The notes under the pieces: model-generated
The model's database searches: none
Seen by the model: only the letters and a program-made list of their open reading frames with translations
What the model was told of the DNA's origin: nothing
Translations under genes and position numbers: made by a program
NCBI GenBank assembly: GCA_027078545.1
Contig: JALWXN010000004.1
Span: 512,001 to 576,000 of the forward strand
Source of the DNA: Nitrososphaeria archaeon
GTDB lineage: Archaea; Thermoproteota; Nitrososphaeria; Geothermarchaeales; JDFR-13
DNA: 64,000 nucleotides
Direction: 5' to 3'
Part shown: piece after piece, positions 61,380-64,000 of the stretch
Position numbering within the stretch: the stretch's first letter is position 1
Layout of the letters: each line of letters opens with the position of its first letter

Positions 61380-62433
61380 AGTGACCCGTATAGTCAGGGT
61401 TGACCATAATAGGCTGGATGAGCAGCTTAGAGAGGCTGTAGAGATACTTAGGAGGGGAGGCCTCGTAGTATTCCCCACAGAGACGGTCTATGGCCTGGGG
61501 GCCGATGCCTATATTCCAGAGGCGGTTGAGAAGATCTTCAGGGTTAAGGGTAGACCCCAGGACAACCCCCTAATAGTCCATATCTCAAGCATGGATATGC
61601 TTGGGAGGGTTGCTAGGGAGATACCTGTGGATGCATATAGGGCTGCGGAGAAGCTCTGGCCCGGCCCCTTCACGATGGTGTTGCCTAGGGGCGATGTCCC
61701 ACCGATAGTCTCGGCCGGCCTCGACACTGTAGCTGTTAGGATGCCTGGGCATAGGGTGGCGCTACGCCTAATAGAGCTCCTCGGCGACCCAATAGCTGCC
61801 CCCAGCGCCAACCGTTCTGGGAGGCCTAGCCCCACATCCGCCCAGCACGTGGTCGAGGATCTCTATGGTCTGGTCGACCTGATCCTAGATGATGGGGAGA
61901 CCCTCTACGGTGTTGAGTCGACAGTCGTGGACTTCACCACTGATCCGCCGACCCTCCTAAGGCCTGGCCCCCTAACCCCGGAGGAGCTCATGGAGATACT
62001 GGGGACTGAGCTGGAGATCCCTGGATATGCCCGTGGACTCACACATACCGGAGTCGCCAGGTCACCCGGCGTGAAGTATAGGCACTACTCACCCAGGGCG
62101 GAGGTAGTCCTGATAGAGATGGAGGACTATAGGGATCTCGATAGGCTTGTGGGGAGGGTTCTGGAGGAGTTTAACCGGCTCAGGGGTCGTAGGGTCGTTA
62201 TACTCGCTACTGATGAGACTAGGGATAGGTATTTAGGGCTTGGGGTCCCCGTCCTATCCCTTGGGAGCCGTGGCGATCCATACACCATAGCCAAGAACCT
62301 CTTCGCCATGCTTAGGGAGGCCGATAGGCTTGGGGCCGAGGTTGTCCTAGTGGAGGGTGTTGAGGAGAGGGGGCTAGGGCTGACCATTATGAATAGGCTT
62401 AGGAAGGCGGCCTCTAGGAGGGTGTCTACATAG
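61360..62433 (+). CDS. sua5: Threonylcarbamoyl-AMP synthase Sua5
   Basis: FPTETVYGLGA, KGRPQDNPLIVH, APSANRSGRPSPT, ESTVVD and PG.KYRHYSP Sua5 domain. Confidence 0.96.
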   Translation: MVGDASEVTRIVRVDHNRLDEQLREAVEILRRGGLVVFPTETVYGLGADAYIPEAVEKIFRVKGRPQDNPLIVHISSMDMLGRVAREIPVDAYRAAEKLWPGPFTMVLPRGDVPPIVSAGLDTVAVRMPGHRVALRLIELLGDPIAAPSANRSGRPSPTSAQHVVEDLYGLVDLILDDGETLYGVESTVVDFTTDPPTLLRPGPLTPEELMEILGTELEIPGYARGLTHTGVARSPGVKYRHYSPRAEVVLIEMEDYRDLDRLVGRVLEEFNRLRGRRVVILATDETRDRYLGLGVPVLSLGSRGDPYTIAKNLFAMLREADRLGAEVVLVEGVEERGLGLTIMNRLRKAASRRVST

Positions 62434-62490
62434 CCTGTGGCCCGGCTATATCTCTAACCCTATATATACTGTATATGGAGGTGTCACGCG

Positions 62491-63111
62491 ATGGTTATGG
62501 AGATCAAGCCTCCGAGGGAGCCGGATGAGGAGAGGGATGAGAAGGTATTGAAGATGCTTATTGAGGCGATCAGGATCATCGGTGGGCCTAAGAAGCTTGT
62601 GGGTATGAGGAACCTGACATGGCTCCCCAGCCTGGTCAGGGCTATGTATGCGGTCCTCCTGAGGAACGCTGGCTATACCTATGAGGAGATTGCGAGTAGG
62701 CTCGGTGTGACCAGGGCAACTGTGGAGAAGATGTTGACTGCCGATGAGGAGGCTGTCAAGAAGAAGGTTGCCGGCCTGACGGAGGAGGATATAGATGAGC
62801 ATGTGGCCGGCGGCCTGGCGAAGCTGGCTTATAAGGAGATGATGCGTAGGGGTGTGGAGGAGGAGATCGAGAAGATAACCACGACCTCGACCGCATTGGG
62901 TATCGACTGGCCAGTGAGAGTTGCAACGCTCCTCAAGGGTGCGGACTTCCCACTGGATAGGGAGGAGTTGATGGAGAGGCTTAGAGGCGTCAAGATAATG
63001 GGCGTCGACGCTGAGGAGCTGCTCGGTGAGATCGAGTATCCAGTGACCTCCCCAGTAGACCTTGTGAAGAAGGTCTCCGAGGTCCTCAGGAAGAGGAAGA
63101 TGGTTAAGTAG
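62491..63111 (+). CDS. KaiC-associated HTH regulatory protein
   Basis: LTWLPSL..A.YAV.L....YTYEEIA.RLG.T HTH and H.AGGLAKLAY, typical of proteins next to archaeal KaiC genes. Confidence 0.75.
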   Translation: MVMEIKPPREPDEERDEKVLKMLIEAIRIIGGPKKLVGMRNLTWLPSLVRAMYAVLLRNAGYTYEEIASRLGVTRATVEKMLTADEEAVKKKVAGLTEEDIDEHVAGGLAKLAYKEMMRRGVEEEIEKITTTSTALGIDWPVRVATLLKGADFPLDREELMERLRGVKIMGVDAEELLGEIEYPVTSPVDLVKKVSEVLRKRKMVK

Positions 63112-63117
63112 GGTGGG

Positions 63118-64000
63118 CTAAGCCCCACCCCTTAAAAACTTTAGCCAGATTATCAGGGCTGCAGCTACAGCCACAGCGCCTACCCCAAGGAGGAGGACTG
63201 GGTCGATCCCCCCACCCTCTACACCTGGCTCCTCACTAGGTGCTTCACCACCCTCTCTCGTGGGTTCCTCCTGCCTAGGAGGCTCCGTAGTGCTATCCTC
63301 ACCAGGCTCTCCAGCCTCTTCTCCCGGCTCCTCTACCTCTGTACCCGTGTCTATCTCAGTATTAGGTTCTCCACCAAGCTCAGCTGCCCGTATCAGGACT
63401 GTGTCCTCCAGTATCTTCTTCTCGGCGATCTGTGGCTCGTAGTAGTAGCTTAGATGTGCTGATACTCCTACCACCATCTGTGAACCTTCTTTCTGGGTAT
63501 ACTCCTCCACTTGTGTCCAGTCTATATCGCCTATCAGGGATATTGTGAAGGCTATCTCGTCCTCACTGATAGATACGCCACCCTCCACCTCCTTCTCATA
63601 GATGGGGATTACTGGGGACTTCACGATGGTTATCGTGTCGATCTCATCCGTGACGTGGTTGGTGGATATCTCGAATTTGAAGCTCACCAGTGTATCGCCA
63701 TATTTATACGAGACGTGGCCCCCGATGCTTAGGTGGATCTCCTCCGCTAGGAACTCCTGCATCTCCGCTATTGATATGGCTTGGCCGTTGAACCTAATCC
63801 TGACCACCGCTGCTTCGTCACCTATCTCGGAGGATACGGCTACAATGTCTATCCTATCCCTTAGGCCCATGATCCTATCGATAACCTCCTGTGGAACCTC
63901 TATGTCTGGGGGTGTCTCCTCAGGCGGATACTCCCTAAGGTCGTCCACATCGTCCGTCACGCTGTAGGCCTCCACCACATCTGTTATGTCGGCCATCCCC
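63118..64000 (-). CDS. Cell-surface protein with E/P/G-rich linker and C-terminal TM anchor (probably 5'-truncated)
   Basis: Acidic domain, low-complexity stalk, hydrophobic C-terminus with basic tail; runs to the window edge. Confidence 0.7.
   Translation of the reverse strand, partial: GMADITDVVEAYSVTDDVDDLREYPPEETPPDIEVPQEVIDRIMGLRDRIDIVAVSSEIGDEAAVVRIRFNGQAISIAEMQEFLAEEIHLSIGGHVSYKYGDTLVSFKFEISTNHVTDEIDTITIVKSPVIPIYEKEVEGGVSISEDEIAFTISLIGDIDWTQVEEYTQKEGSQMVVGVSAHLSYYYEPQIAEKKILEDTVLIRAAELGGEPNTEIDTGTEVEEPGEEAGEPGEDSTTEPPRQEEPTREGGEAPSEEPGVEGGGIDPVLLLGVGAVAVAAALIIWLKFLRGGA

Noticed and set aside
1-64000. Transposases, integrases, tRNA or rRNA genes
   Set aside because: None were recognised in the sequence or the ORF track.

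Overview
This window comes from a thermophilic archaeon (AGG/ATA/CTA-rich codons, GGAGGTGA-type RBSs, TATA promoters). About 46 kb is a multi-system CRISPR-Cas island. It holds a 5'-truncated type I-B interference operon facing a cas6-cas4-cas1-cas2 module, and array 1 (15 repeats). A HEPN-MNT pair and array 2 (about 76 repeats) follow, then an 8 kb block of non-cas genes and an H/ACA-like sRNA. Next are a Crn1-like CARF protein, a type III-B cmr operon with a very large Cas10 and no local cOA effector nuclease, an AAA+ ATPase, array 3 (26 repeats), and a type I-A-like operon with its own cas6/cas4/cas1/cas2. The remaining 18 kb encodes a membrane protein with a PmoC/AmoC-like motif, an ECF transporter plus surface phosphoesterase, Clp1, a Pot-type ABC transporter, KaiC-family genes and Sua5. 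The most notable observations are these. (1) A G+T/A+C strand skew flips across every array and across the cmr cassette. (2) Arrays 2 and 3 have reciprocally swapped terminal-repeat variants and near-identical leaders. (3) Two mutually complementary spacers together reconstruct a Walker-A ATPase protospacer. (4) There is a candidate ECF/phosphoesterase scavenging system with an Ig-like-fused S component. (5) There is an unannotated H/ACA-like RNA. All calls come from visual motif recognition; no database searches were run.
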